A DNA stretch of 64,000 nucleotides from Actinomycetes bacterium (GTDB taxonomy: Bacteria; Actinomycetota; Acidimicrobiia; Acidimicrobiales; SZUA-35): NCBI GenBank assembly GCA_024280015.1, contig JAJRQY010000132.1, forward strand, positions 5,436 to 69,435, given 5' to 3'. The notes below the pieces were generated by a model. It was not told where the DNA came from. It saw only the letters and a list, made by a program, of their open reading frames with translations, and ran no database searches. A program made the position numbers and the translations under genes. Shown here piece after piece: positions 19,214 to 28,634 of this stretch. Positions within the stretch are counted from its first letter, which is position 1, and each line of letters begins with the position of its first letter.

Positions 19214-20875
19214 ATGAGCCGACTTTCAGCCTCCCCATTCTCTCGATTGTTGACTCTTGGGGCCGTCGTTCTTTCACTCCTGGTTGTTGCCACTGTTGCT
19301 CCATCAGTAGCCGGCGCGGAAACCCGACCCGATACGGCCTCCCTTCAGGTAGCGCGGTTGTATCTGGCCTACTTCGAACGGGCACCAGAGCCAGCGGGTC
19401 ATAGTTATTGGACCCGGCAGCGTCTTGGCGGTCAGTCGCTGGCCTCGATCTCTGAGGGGTTTTCTCGGAGCGATGAGTTCGAGACGACCTATGGCTCATT
19501 GTCCAACGAAGCTTTTGTCACCCTGGTGTACGGCAATGTCTTGGATCGGACCCCGGACCCGTCGGGCTTGGCCCATTGGACCGGACAGCTTGACTCTGGC
19601 GCCTTGACCCGCGGCGAGGTCATGATTGGGTTTAGCGAAAGCCTTGAGTTTGTGATCGGTCTTGACCACCTGGACGGCGAGCCAGTCAAGCGGCTCTACC
19701 GCGCCTTCTTCTTGCGCGACGCCGATACCGATGGGCTCAACTATTGGTGGAGTCGACAAATTGCTGGCATGTCCCTGGTCCAAATCGCCCAAGAGTTCGC
19801 GGGCGAGGCCGAGTTCGTTGCCCGATATGGCTCCCTCAGCGACCCGCAGTTTGTGCAACTGGTCTATCGCAATGTCTTGGACCGAGAACCCGACGCTGGA
19901 GGCTTGGCTTTCTGGACTGACGAATTGGCCTCGGGTCGTCTTAGTCGAGGGGCAGTCATGGTTGGCTTTAGCGAAAGCCCAGAGTTCTCCGGTAACCCGG
20001 CCCCAGCCTCAGGAACCACCATTGCTGGTTGTTCGTTATTCCCGAGTAATTCTTTCTGGTATTCCTCGGTTGCTGACCTGCCAGTCTTGGCCAACAGTCA
20101 GGCCTACGTGAACCGCCTCGGTGCCGACACCAATGCCCACCCCGATTTTGGTGCTGGCTTGTGGAACGGGTCCCCCATTGGCATCCTCTACACAGTGGTG
20201 CAAGATCGTGGTGATGACACGGCTGTTTCGTTCACCTACGGCGATGAGAGTGATGCCAGCCCCTACCCGGTGCCGGTCAACGCTCCGATCGAAGGGGGAA
20301 GTGATCGCCATGTCCTCGTGGTCGAATCCGGTGCCTGCGTCTTGCATGAGCTGTTCGCGGTGGATTGGCAGAACAATGGGACCATTGAGGCGGGCAGCGG
20401 TGCTCGCTGGGACCTTTCTTCCAACGGTATGCGTCCCGACTCCTGGACTTCGGGTGATGCTGCTGGCCTACCAATCCTGCCTGGACTGGTTCGCTACGAC
20501 GAGGTGGCCTCTGGAACCATCAACCACGCCATCCGCTTCACCGCCAATGTCACCGACGACTCCTACGTGTGGCCGGCCTCCCACTTTGCTGGCAGCGACG
20601 CAGCCGACCGACCCCCAATGGGAAGCTGGATCAGGCTTAAAGCGTCAGTCAACCCCGATGACTTCAGCGGACAAGCCCGGGTGATTGTTCTTGCTTTACA
20701 GGAACACGGCGCGATCCTGGCCGACAACGGTTCATCATGGCTCTTTAGTGGAGTGCCCGATGAGCGTTGGGACAATCAGGATCTGCGCCAACTGCGTGAT
20801 CTTGATGGCAACATGTTTGAGTTCATTGATGCGTCGTCGCTTCAAGTTGAAGCCGACTCCTACGCCGCCAGATAG
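19214..20875 (+). CDS. secreted protein: four DUF4214-type repeats plus a ~290-aa uncharacterised conserved C-terminal domain
   Basis: ATG 19214. Signal ...VVATVAPSVAGA. Repeats contain EPAGHSYW, DPSGLAHW, DTDGLNYW and DAGGLAFW. C-terminal motifs HPDFG, DRHVLVVE, WTSGDAAGLPILPGLVRYDEV and ADNGSSW. Confidence 0.7.
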   Translation: MSRLSASPFSRLLTLGAVVLSLLVVATVAPSVAGAETRPDTASLQVARLYLAYFERAPEPAGHSYWTRQRLGGQSLASISEGFSRSDEFETTYGSLSNEAFVTLVYGNVLDRTPDPSGLAHWTGQLDSGALTRGEVMIGFSESLEFVIGLDHLDGEPVKRLYRAFFLRDADTDGLNYWWSRQIAGMSLVQIAQEFAGEAEFVARYGSLSDPQFVQLVYRNVLDREPDAGGLAFWTDELASGRLSRGAVMVGFSESPEFSGNPAPASGTTIAGCSLFPSNSFWYSSVADLPVLANSQAYVNRLGADTNAHPDFGAGLWNGSPIGILYTVVQDRGDDTAVSFTYGDESDASPYPVPVNAPIEGGSDRHVLVVESGACVLHELFAVDWQNNGTIEAGSGARWDLSSNGMRPDSWTSGDAAGLPILPGLVRYDEVASGTINHAIRFTANVTDDSYVWPASHFAGSDAADRPPMGSWIRLKASVNPDDFSGQARVIVLALQEHGAILADNGSSWLFSGVPDERWDNQDLRQLRDLDGNMFEFIDASSLQVEADSYAAR

Positions 20876-20910
20876 ACCCGTTGAGCCGAGGACTGCCGGT
20901 GAGTCCAGTC

Positions 20911-20944
20911 CTAGTGCTCGATCAGTCTTATTGCTCGATCAGTG
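20911..20944. repeat. 17-bp tandem duplication spanning the surE stop codon (14/17 identical)
   Basis: ctagtgctcgatcagtc / ttattgctcgatcagtg. The minus strand reads ...CTGATCGAGCAATAAG ACTGATCGAGCACTAG. Confidence 0.7.
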
Positions 20945-21773
20945 CTTGCAGTTTGGCGTCGACAGCTGAGGTGTCGTCATCGAGTGCAATGATCCGGCTT
21001 AACCAGGTCATGGAAACCTCATTGTCCATGATGGCACGGGTGTCGGTTCCTTCCGGCTGATCGACATTATCGCCATATTCCAGTTCGACGTGGTAACTAC
21101 CGACATGGCCTTCCTTGGGCTCAAGCCAGGCCTTGGTCCAGGTGCGAGGGGGACGATCGCCAAGCTTGGTCCAGCTCCACTTGGCTAGCTCGTCGGTGGC
21201 CAGATTTGGGACATTGATATTCAGAACGCTGGCCGTCTCCGGTGGATCCTCCAATATGGCGGCAGCCGCTGCGGCCGCCACGTCGGCCGCCGATTGCCAC
21301 TTTTGATTCTTGACCGTTTCTTCCCATGCTTGGCCCTCAACACCGAAGTTGTCAGCCCGCTGGCTCACCGCGATGCCACTGATACCACCATTGCGACCGG
21401 TCAGGCAGGCCCCGACAGTTCCGGAGTGATACACGCTTCGCCCAACGTTGGCGCCTGGGTTGATGCCACTAATGATGAGATCGGGAGTGAACCCGAAGGC
21501 CCCCATCCGGGCAAACATGACACACAAGGCCGGTGGGCCAGACACCGACCAGGCTTTATCGAAACCTTCGACATGAGCCTCGTGGACCTCGGGCTTGATC
21601 TCCCAGATAGCTCCAATAGCCGCACCGGCTCCGGAGTACTCCGAGTCCGGGGCGATGATGGTGACATCACCCAGCTCTTGCATGGTCCGGGCCAGGACAT
21701 GAAGTCCGACCGAGTCGATGCCGTCGTCGTTGGTGAGCAAGAGCTGGGGTCGTGATGCCATTGGGCCGACCAT
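20928..21773 (-). CDS. surE: 5'/3'-nucleotidase SurE
   Basis: LLLTNDDGIDSVGL N-terminal motif. The start could be ATG 21773 or 21761 (the ORF is open to 21857). Confidence 0.85.
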   Translation of the reverse strand: MVGPMASRPQLLLTNDDGIDSVGLHVLARTMQELGDVTIIAPDSEYSGAGAAIGAIWEIKPEVHEAHVEGFDKAWSVSGPPALCVMFARMGAFGFTPDLIISGINPGANVGRSVYHSGTVGACLTGRNGGISGIAVSQRADNFGVEGQAWEETVKNQKWQSAADVAAAAAAAILEDPPETASVLNINVPNLATDELAKWSWTKLGDRPPRTWTKAWLEPKEGHVGSYHVELEYGDNVDQPEGTDTRAIMDNEVSMTWLSRIIALDDDTSAVDAKLQALIEQ

Positions 21774-21842
21774 ACAGGCCGAAACCGGAGACTGGCTAAC
21801 TACCTGGCAACCACCGGACAGCCACCCGCTAGCCTCAGCCCG

Positions 21843-22706
21843 GTGACTGGACGACAACGGGGGATTCTGCTTGCCTCTTTCGGCATGCTGACCATCAGCA
21901 CCGACTCCCTGTTCACCCGCGTAGCCGATGCTGAAGCCTTCGACATCACCTTCTGGGTTGGCGTGTTATCGGTTGGGGTGATGTTGGCGGTTGTGGTGTT
22001 CTACGAGCAGACAACGCCTGTCGCCCTGATGCGACGAGACGGCTGGACACTCCTGTTGTCAGCGGTCCTCCAGGCGACCATGACCACCTTCTTTGTCCTG
22101 GCGGTCAAGAACACCTCGATATCAAATGTGGTAGTCATCGTTGCTGCATCACCCTTGGTTGCTGCGGCCTTCGGTTGGATCCTGCTCCGCGAAACGGTGA
22201 GCCGTCGGGTCTGGTTGGCCATTGCGGTCTGCGCCGCCGGCATTGGCGTGGTTGTGTCCGGCTCACTGTCCGGCGGCAAAATTGTCGGCGACCTTCTGGC
22301 TATGGGGGCAGTCATCAGCTTTGGTCTTGGTGTCGTGGTGTTGCGAGGCAATCCAGAGATGAGTCGCCCCATGGTGGTCGGACTTGGCGGCCTGGTGATG
22401 GCCATATTCGCTGCCGTTCCCGCCCAGATCTTCGGGCACAACACCAAAACGTGGCTGGTGTTTGGCGCCATGGGAATTGTCTTTGGTCCACTCTCGCGAG
22501 TCATGCTTGGCAGTGCCCCGCGTTACCTGTCGGCGGCTGAAGTTGGCTTGTTTGTTCCCATCGAAACGGTGCTTGGCACCTTGTGGGCCTTCCTGATCTT
22601 CGGTGAGGTTCCGGCTGTTCAGACCTGGATTGGCGGCGCCATTATTCTGTTTGGCCTGCTGTGGGGAATCTGGCCCCGAGACAATCAAGCTCCGGTCTCT
22701 GTTTGA
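21843..22706 (+). CDS. DMT-superfamily (EamA-like) transporter
   Basis: About 10 hydrophobic helices in two repeated halves. GTG start. Divergent from surE. Confidence 0.8.
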   Translation: MTGRQRGILLASFGMLTISTDSLFTRVADAEAFDITFWVGVLSVGVMLAVVVFYEQTTPVALMRRDGWTLLLSAVLQATMTTFFVLAVKNTSISNVVVIVAASPLVAAAFGWILLRETVSRRVWLAIAVCAAGIGVVVSGSLSGGKIVGDLLAMGAVISFGLGVVVLRGNPEMSRPMVVGLGGLVMAIFAAVPAQIFGHNTKTWLVFGAMGIVFGPLSRVMLGSAPRYLSAAEVGLFVPIETVLGTLWAFLIFGEVPAVQTWIGGAIILFGLLWGIWPRDNQAPVSV

Positions 22707-22751
22707 ACGGGGCCCAGACACCGGCACTGGCACCCGGACCGGCACTGACCA

Positions 22752-23801
22752 CTAGTCGCGGAGCAGAAGCAGGGCCTCCTCAGCGAGGGCTTCAACCTGA
22801 TCGATATACGCGTCGGTGTCGGCCTCTTCGTCTCCCATCACCCCCTTGAGGTAGCGAGCGAGCACTCCTTCGATGATGGCAGCAAGGCGCCAGTTCTGGA
22901 ACGCTCGGTAGTAGTTGATGTTGGCGATCTCAAAACCAGTGCGTTCGACATAGCGAGCCACCATCTGGTCCCGAGTGAAGAATCCCCCGATGCTGGTGGG
23001 GAAAGCGGTCGCCCCACGTGTGGTGTCCTCGCCCTCTTCCACCCAGTTGTTCAACAGGTAGCCAAGGTCGGCTAGGACATCACCCAGGGTGCAAAGCTCC
23101 CAATCCAACACACCCAGAACGTCGCCCTTGCTTGGATCAACCAGGATGTTCCCCAAGCGGTAGTCGCCGTGGACGACGCCCGTATAGCGCTGCTCGGGCT
23201 TGGCCGCCACTAGCTCGGCGTAGGCCTGTTCCATCGCTGGAAGCTCCCTCGTCTTGGTTTTCTCCCACTGGCCGTTCCAGCGGCGCAGCTGACGATCCAG
23301 GTAGGCCTCTTTGCGGCCAAGTTCGCCTAGACCGATGTCATCAGGATTGGCCAGATGCAGGTTGGCCAATACGTCAATGGCGTTCTCGCTCAGCGCTTGC
23401 CTGGCTTGCATTGAGGTCATGAATTCGGTGGCATCTTCGTCACTATGCAGAACAGTTCCCGCCACATAGCTCATCACGTAGAACGGGGCATCGTTGACTG
23501 TCTCATCTTCACAATGGGCCAGGGCGATAGGAACCGGAACCGACGTATTGTTGATGCCGGAAATGATGCGGAACTCGCGGCCCATATCGTGGGCAGTGGC
23601 GATCACCATTCCCAGTGGTGGACGACGCAGGACAACCTGAGATCCGTCACCGGTTGTGACCAGGTAGGTCAGGTTGGAATGCCCACCGGTGATGAAGGAG
23701 AACGAATAGGGTCCGGAAATTCCTTCCACATTGGTGTCCAGCCAAGCGCTGACAGAGTCGTGGTTGATGCCACGTACGGTATTGTTCGTTGTCTCGGTCA
23801 T
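22752..23801 (-). CDS. phosphotransferase (APH/ChoK-like kinase) family protein
   Basis: Catalytic loop HGDYRLGNILV, then LDWE. The N-terminal lobe has GGHSNLTY. Confidence 0.85.
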   Translation of the reverse strand: MTETTNNTVRGINHDSVSAWLDTNVEGISGPYSFSFITGGHSNLTYLVTTGDGSQVVLRRPPLGMVIATAHDMGREFRIISGINNTSVPVPIALAHCEDETVNDAPFYVMSYVAGTVLHSDEDATEFMTSMQARQALSENAIDVLANLHLANPDDIGLGELGRKEAYLDRQLRRWNGQWEKTKTRELPAMEQAYAELVAAKPEQRYTGVVHGDYRLGNILVDPSKGDVLGVLDWELCTLGDVLADLGYLLNNWVEEGEDTTRGATAFPTSIGGFFTRDQMVARYVERTGFEIANINYYRAFQNWRLAAIIEGVLARYLKGVMGDEEADTDAYIDQVEALAEEALLLLRD

Positions 23802-25303
23802 TGTTTTGTCCGCTCTTGTTGGAGGGAGCTCCGCCGCACCTTGCCAGCGTCATCACGCATTGGCTGGTCGGTCCATTCGAAGCTTTGTGGGATCTTGTAG
23901 CGGACCAGTCGTTCGGCCAGGAACGCCAGAAGTTCTCGTTGGTCCAAGGCCTTGGAGTCATCGGGATCGACCTGGACTATGGCGTGTACCAGGTTGCCCT
24001 TGTCCTCATCGGGCAGTCCGATTACCGCACATGATTGGACTTGGGGATGAGCATTGATTGCGGCCTCAATCTCGGCCGGATAGATATTGGCTCCGCCAAC
24101 CAGAATCATGTCGCCTTTTCGATCGGACAGATAGAGGTAGCCGTCCTCGTCCATGTGGCCAATGTCGCCGAGGCATTCCCAACCATCTCGGCTGTCTGCT
24201 TCGGCCCCGATGTAGCGATAGGTCGGCGTGTCGCGGCCGACCCAACGCATCCACACGTCCCCGGTTTCCCCCGCTGCCAGTTCCTTGCCATCTTCGTCAC
24301 AAATCTTGACCTCGCCGGAAACCGGCTTGCCGACCGAACCTCGATGTTCCAACCATTCGGTTCCACTCAAGAAGGTGAACATCTGTCCCTCGGTGCCGCC
24401 GTACAGTTCCCAAAGATTGTCGGCCCCGATCCATTCAATCCAAGCTTCTTTCAACCATGGCGGGCAAGGCTCAGCCAGATGAACGGCTCGGGTCAGGCTG
24501 GACAAGTCGTAGCCGTACTTGATGTCATCGGCCAGCTTCCACATGCGTTGCATCATGGTTGGCACCAGATAGACGGCTGACGCCTTGGTTTCGGCAACCA
24601 GTTGCAGGGTGGCCTCGGCATTGAAGCGGGGGAGGAGGGCAACGTGACCGCCAGCGAACAGGGTTGAACAGGTCCAGATGAATGGGCCGTTGTGATAGAG
24701 CGGACCAGGCATGGCCATGGTTTCGCCCGCTGCGGCCCCAAGCAGCGTGCCGAGGCCAGCCAAGGTCGCACTATAGACGGATGGGTCGCCGGAGACGATG
24801 AGCTTGGGTCGACCGGTTGAACCACCCGATGTTGGTGCCTTCCAAGATGGGGAGACACAGTCGGGTAGGGGCGAATCGTCAAGCTCCTCCGGTGGCTCAA
24901 ATCCAAGTGGCAGTGAGGCCCGACCCTCAACCTCGACACCGACAACGAGACGAGAGTCAGCGAGTTCGATAATGGACTCCAACTCCATGCCTGGTAGACG
25001 GGCCGATACCGGTTGGGGTATGGCCCCAATCTTCCAACAGGCGATGGTACTGGTGATGAATTGCACGCCATTTGGTTCGGCAATGGTGACAAAGTCACCT
25101 TGTTTCACACCAAGGTCGAGGAAGTGGCGGGCCAACAGGTTCGTTAGTTGTCCCAGCTCGGCGTAGTCATAGGTTCGGCCATCGAACGTGAGTGCGGGGG
25201 TTGACCCGAACTCAGCTGCCAGTTGATAGAAGCGAGCAGCGAAGCTCTGCTCGGCCGGAGGCTCAGTCGTATCAGGAGAACTTGTGTCAGAAGAATCGGT
25301 CAC
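23798..25303 (-). CDS. AMP-dependent synthetase/ligase (acyl-CoA synthetase-like)
   Basis: AMP-binding motif PTSGGSTGRPK, plus GDIGHMDEDGYLYLSDRKGDMI. Overlaps the downstream kinase by 4 nt. Confidence 0.85.
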   Translation of the reverse strand: MTDSSDTSSPDTTEPPAEQSFAARFYQLAAEFGSTPALTFDGRTYDYAELGQLTNLLARHFLDLGVKQGDFVTIAEPNGVQFITSTIACWKIGAIPQPVSARLPGMELESIIELADSRLVVGVEVEGRASLPLGFEPPEELDDSPLPDCVSPSWKAPTSGGSTGRPKLIVSGDPSVYSATLAGLGTLLGAAAGETMAMPGPLYHNGPFIWTCSTLFAGGHVALLPRFNAEATLQLVAETKASAVYLVPTMMQRMWKLADDIKYGYDLSSLTRAVHLAEPCPPWLKEAWIEWIGADNLWELYGGTEGQMFTFLSGTEWLEHRGSVGKPVSGEVKICDEDGKELAAGETGDVWMRWVGRDTPTYRYIGAEADSRDGWECLGDIGHMDEDGYLYLSDRKGDMILVGGANIYPAEIEAAINAHPQVQSCAVIGLPDEDKGNLVHAIVQVDPDDSKALDQRELLAFLAERLVRYKIPQSFEWTDQPMRDDAGKVRRSSLQQERTKQ

Positions 25304-25366
25304 GCCGACAAACTAGAGGCTCAAGTGCTTCTGGGCGAACTGAAGATGCGTACCGCTTGGTCACCC

Positions 25367-27085
25367 CTACTTGGCCAAGGCGCTGGCTTCAATATGTGCC
25401 GGCTCGTGGCGTTCCGCATCAGGATGGGCGGCCTGCCAGCTGCGGATGCCGCCGGTGAGGTTGCGTACGCTGAATCCACGGAGACGGAGCATGCGGTAGG
25501 CGAAGTAGGAGCGTTGGCCAGAGAAGCAGTGGACAACGTACTTCTTGCCCGGGTCCAGTTCGTCCAGTCGATCTCGTAGCTGATCCAGTGGGATATGGAT
25601 GGACCCTGGAATGCGGCAGTTCTGATGCTCTTCTTCGCTGCGAACATCAATGAGCACGGTGTCCTCATCAAACTCATCGATTTCGTACCACTGAGCGATT
25701 TCCACATCACCCTTGACCACATTGCGGGCGGCCATCGCTAGGAGGTTGACGGGGTCCTTCGGTGCGCCGAAGGCGGGGGCATAACAAAGCTCCAGTTGGG
25801 CAACATCGTCAACGGTCATGCCGCCTTGGATGGCGGTTGCCAGCACTTCCAGTCGCCGGGCTGCGGTTTCTTTGCCGACAACCTGGGCGCCATAGATGGT
25901 CCCGTCCTCGATCGAGAACAGCAGCTTCATATCGAGGACTTCAGCCCCTGGGTAGTAGCCGACATGAGTAAGTGGATGGACGTGGACTGCCTCGTAGCTG
26001 ATCCCGGCTTTGGTGAGCTGGTTCTCGGTGAGCCCGGTGCTGGCCAGAGTGATGTCGAATACTCGGACGATTGAGGTGCCCCAGGTGCCGCGGTAGCTGG
26101 TCGGTCGTCCCATGATGTTGTCAGCGGCGACTCGCCCTTGCCGGTTAGCCGGGCCAGCCAGCGGGATTGATGCCCATTCCCGGCTGATCGGGTTGCGAAC
26201 TTCGATGGCGTCTCCAACGGCCCAAATGTGCGGATCTTGGGTTCGCATGTGGTGGTTGACGCGGATGCCGCCAAGCGAACCGATTTCTAGGCCGGCTTCG
26301 CGTGCCAACTTCACCTCGGGCTTGATTCCCATGCTGAGGATCACCAGATCCGTTGGTAGGCGGGTGCCGTCCTCGAATACTAGAACCGAAGCTTCCGCCG
26401 ACTCTTCTGGTGTCGGTTCCTCAAAACCAACGACCCTCTGGTTCAATAAGATGTCGATGTTGCGGTCGGTGAGTTGATGCTGAGCCCAGAACGCCATGTC
26501 GGCATCGATGGCCCCCAAGACCTGGGATTGGGCCTCGACCAGGGAAACCTTGATCCCCAACTCGGTGAGTTGTTCGACCATTTCCAGGCCGATAAAGCCC
26601 GCACCGATCACGGTGGCGTGGCGTGGTTTGGTGCTCTGGTTCCAGGCGATGACCTTGTCCATGTCGGGGATCATGCGCAGGGCGAAGTGACCCTCACGGT
26701 CAATGCCGGGAATGGGCGGCAGCATGGGTTCGGCCCCAGGAGCGAGAACAAGGTCGTCATAGGTCTCTTGATAGGTCTCACCGGTCACGAGGTTCTGGAT
26801 GGTTAGTTCCTTGTTTTCCCGGTCGATGCTGAGGGCTTCACTCTGGATTCGTACGTCAAGGTTGAAGCGGTTCTTGAGGCCTTCGGGGGTTTGGACCAGG
26901 AGGTCCTCTCGGTTTGGAATCTCGCCGCTGATGTGGAATGGCAGGCCGCAATTTGCGTAGGAAACAAAGCTGCCACGTTCGATGATGATGATCTCTGTGT
27001 CTTCAGAGAGACGACGAGCTCGGGCGGCAACACTGGCCCCTCCGGCTACTCCGCCGATGATCACAATCTTGTTTGCCTGAGTCAT
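25367..27085 (-). CDS. CoA-disulfide reductase-type flavoprotein fused to a C-terminal rhodanese domain
   Basis: ATG 27085 is preceded by GGAAAGAG. IVIIGGVAGGAS FAD fold. Redox Cys in SYANCGLP. C-terminal rhodanese loop HCFSGQRS. Confidence 0.85.
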   Translation of the reverse strand: MTQANKIVIIGGVAGGASVAARARRLSEDTEIIIIERGSFVSYANCGLPFHISGEIPNREDLLVQTPEGLKNRFNLDVRIQSEALSIDRENKELTIQNLVTGETYQETYDDLVLAPGAEPMLPPIPGIDREGHFALRMIPDMDKVIAWNQSTKPRHATVIGAGFIGLEMVEQLTELGIKVSLVEAQSQVLGAIDADMAFWAQHQLTDRNIDILLNQRVVGFEEPTPEESAEASVLVFEDGTRLPTDLVILSMGIKPEVKLAREAGLEIGSLGGIRVNHHMRTQDPHIWAVGDAIEVRNPISREWASIPLAGPANRQGRVAADNIMGRPTSYRGTWGTSIVRVFDITLASTGLTENQLTKAGISYEAVHVHPLTHVGYYPGAEVLDMKLLFSIEDGTIYGAQVVGKETAARRLEVLATAIQGGMTVDDVAQLELCYAPAFGAPKDPVNLLAMAARNVVKGDVEIAQWYEIDEFDEDTVLIDVRSEEEHQNCRIPGSIHIPLDQLRDRLDELDPGKKYVVHCFSGQRSYFAYRMLRLRGFSVRNLTGGIRSWQAAHPDAERHEPAHIEASALAK

Positions 27086-27102
27086 TCTGAACTCTTTCCT
27101 TC

Positions 27103-27114
27103 TCGAACGTTCGA
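27103..27114. promoter_or_regulatory. perfect 12-bp palindrome TCGAACGTTCGA in the leader of the CoADR-rhodanese gene
   Basis: Read directly from the sequence, 18 nt upstream of ATG 27085. Any operator function is inferred only. Confidence 0.3.
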
Positions 27115-27223
27115 CCACCTTGAAGACTATTTGCTGGGAGTAAAGTTCACTTCGTTTCGGGGAAGAGGTGACGCCTGACCGCCATGCCTCTTGCTCGGTC
27201 GATCTTGGCTGTAGGTTCTTGGG

Positions 27224-28615
27224 GTGCATCATCAGCTGCCACCGGGTCCCCGGCTCCACCGACGAGGCTTTGTGTTGCTGATCTTGTCGATGTTGGCCGC
27301 TGCCTGTACCGGCGACTACAGCACGACCCCAACCACCCTTCAACACCCACCAACGTCGGCGCCTTCGGCCGGGCCTCCAAACTCAGGCGCTGAAGAAGCC
27401 GAGCCGGAAACTCCAGGCGATCAGGACCTGGTCATCGAGCTTGGCGGCACGCTGGCAGTCACCGTTGAGCACCTGGTAGTGACCGCCAGTCCAGACGGTT
27501 CACAGATTGACCTGGTTGATGGCGGCCCCGAAGGAGTCGCCTCACAACCGGTTTGGTCACCCGACGGATCCAGCCTGGCTTGGGTATTGGTTGGCCAGGA
27601 TGGTGAGTCAGTCGGTGTTCGAGGAGAGGATGGTGAGACCATCTACAGCTCGGCTGTCGGCTCAACCCCCTTCTACCTGCAATGGAATTCATCGGGTCAG
27701 AGGTTGGCTTATCTTCGTCCGGCCCCGATCCCGGTGGCAGGCGAGTCTGACGAACCCGTGCCCGGTGATGGCGCTGCCCCTCAAGGCGAAGGCGGGCTGG
27801 AGGTTGGGTTGGTCGAGCCCGGCCTTCCGGTGACGCCCGTCGCCCTGGGATCACCCTTCTTCTTGTCGTGGGCTCCTGATCGTGACGATCTCATTGCCTA
27901 TCGAAACCAGAGCGAGCTTCTGTACCTTTCCCAAGAAGACGGGGCAGTGGTCCTGCCTGCGGGGGAAGGGCCCTACACCGCCCCGGTCTGGTTGACCCCA
28001 CAATCAGTCATTGTGAGCGATGCTGATTCGATTGACGAACTCAATATCGAGACTGGTGAGCGGCGAGAGCTGGCCTCGGTGCCGGGGCGTGTGCGATTCA
28101 TTCTCAGCCCAAACAATGAACGCTTGGCCTATAGCCCGGCCGCCGACGGGCTACTGCCTGGGAACCAGGATCAGCTCATTGTGCTGGACCTCGAGTCGGG
28201 CGAAGAGGAATTAGTTTCTCAGGGCTTTCTGTTGGCGTGGGAGTGGAGCCCCGACAGCGAGACCTTGGCTTGGCTAGCTCCCGCTCAGACTGCTGAAGTT
28301 GATCTGGTCACCTATCAGCGGGCCCATTTCAACTGGTCGTTCTGGAACGATGGGAACATAGAAGTTGGAGCGCCGTATCTTCCTTCTGGGCTGGCAGCGC
28401 GTTCGTATCTGCCCTTCTTTGAACAGTTCGCCCAGAGCCACAAACGCTGGTCTCCTGGTTCGAATGCCTTCGCTTTTGCTGGCTCAGTTGATGGGTTCGA
28501 CGGCATCTGGATCCAGGTTGTTGGTCACGCCGATGAGCCGGTCTATCTGACACCCGGTGATGCGGTTACCTGGGGCCCGGCCGATCCGAGCGGCGGCGGT
28601 GGCAGCGTCTTGTAG
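27224..28615 (+). CDS. secreted/lipoprotein with TolB-like (PD40/WD40-like) beta-propeller repeats
   Basis: GTG 27224. Signal RRGFVLLILSMLAAAC. Recurrent W-SPDG motifs (VWSPDGSSLAW, WEWSPDSETLAW, RWSPGSNAFAF). Confidence 0.65.
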   Translation: MHHQLPPGPRLHRRGFVLLILSMLAAACTGDYSTTPTTLQHPPTSAPSAGPPNSGAEEAEPETPGDQDLVIELGGTLAVTVEHLVVTASPDGSQIDLVDGGPEGVASQPVWSPDGSSLAWVLVGQDGESVGVRGEDGETIYSSAVGSTPFYLQWNSSGQRLAYLRPAPIPVAGESDEPVPGDGAAPQGEGGLEVGLVEPGLPVTPVALGSPFFLSWAPDRDDLIAYRNQSELLYLSQEDGAVVLPAGEGPYTAPVWLTPQSVIVSDADSIDELNIETGERRELASVPGRVRFILSPNNERLAYSPAADGLLPGNQDQLIVLDLESGEEELVSQGFLLAWEWSPDSETLAWLAPAQTAEVDLVTYQRAHFNWSFWNDGNIEVGAPYLPSGLAARSYLPFFEQFAQSHKRWSPGSNAFAFAGSVDGFDGIWIQVVGHADEPVYLTPGDAVTWGPADPSGGGGSVL

Positions 28616-28634
28616 GGATGCCCGCTAGGCCCGT

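Noticed and set aside
22720-22751. Direct repeat CCGGCACTG x2 in the convergent gap after the DMT gene, and short AACCTG repeats at 29517-29557
   Set aside because: These are very short, with no stem-loop or conservation evidence, so they are likely chance in GC-rich DNA.
27103-27114. TCGAACGTTCGA read as an actinobacterial LexA/SOS box
   Set aside because: The canonical SOS box is TCGAAC-N4-GTTCGA, and this site has no spacer. The downstream gene is also not a DNA-repair gene. I kept it only as a generic palindrome.
25367-27346. 87-aa N-terminal extension of the CoADR ORF; similar long extensions at 34147-34320, 35291-35395, 49180-50367 and 54046-55635
   Set aside because: The family-typical N-termini begin at internal ATG/GTG codons, several of them with RBS-like sequences. 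The extensions overlap neighbouring genes or intergenic palindromes.
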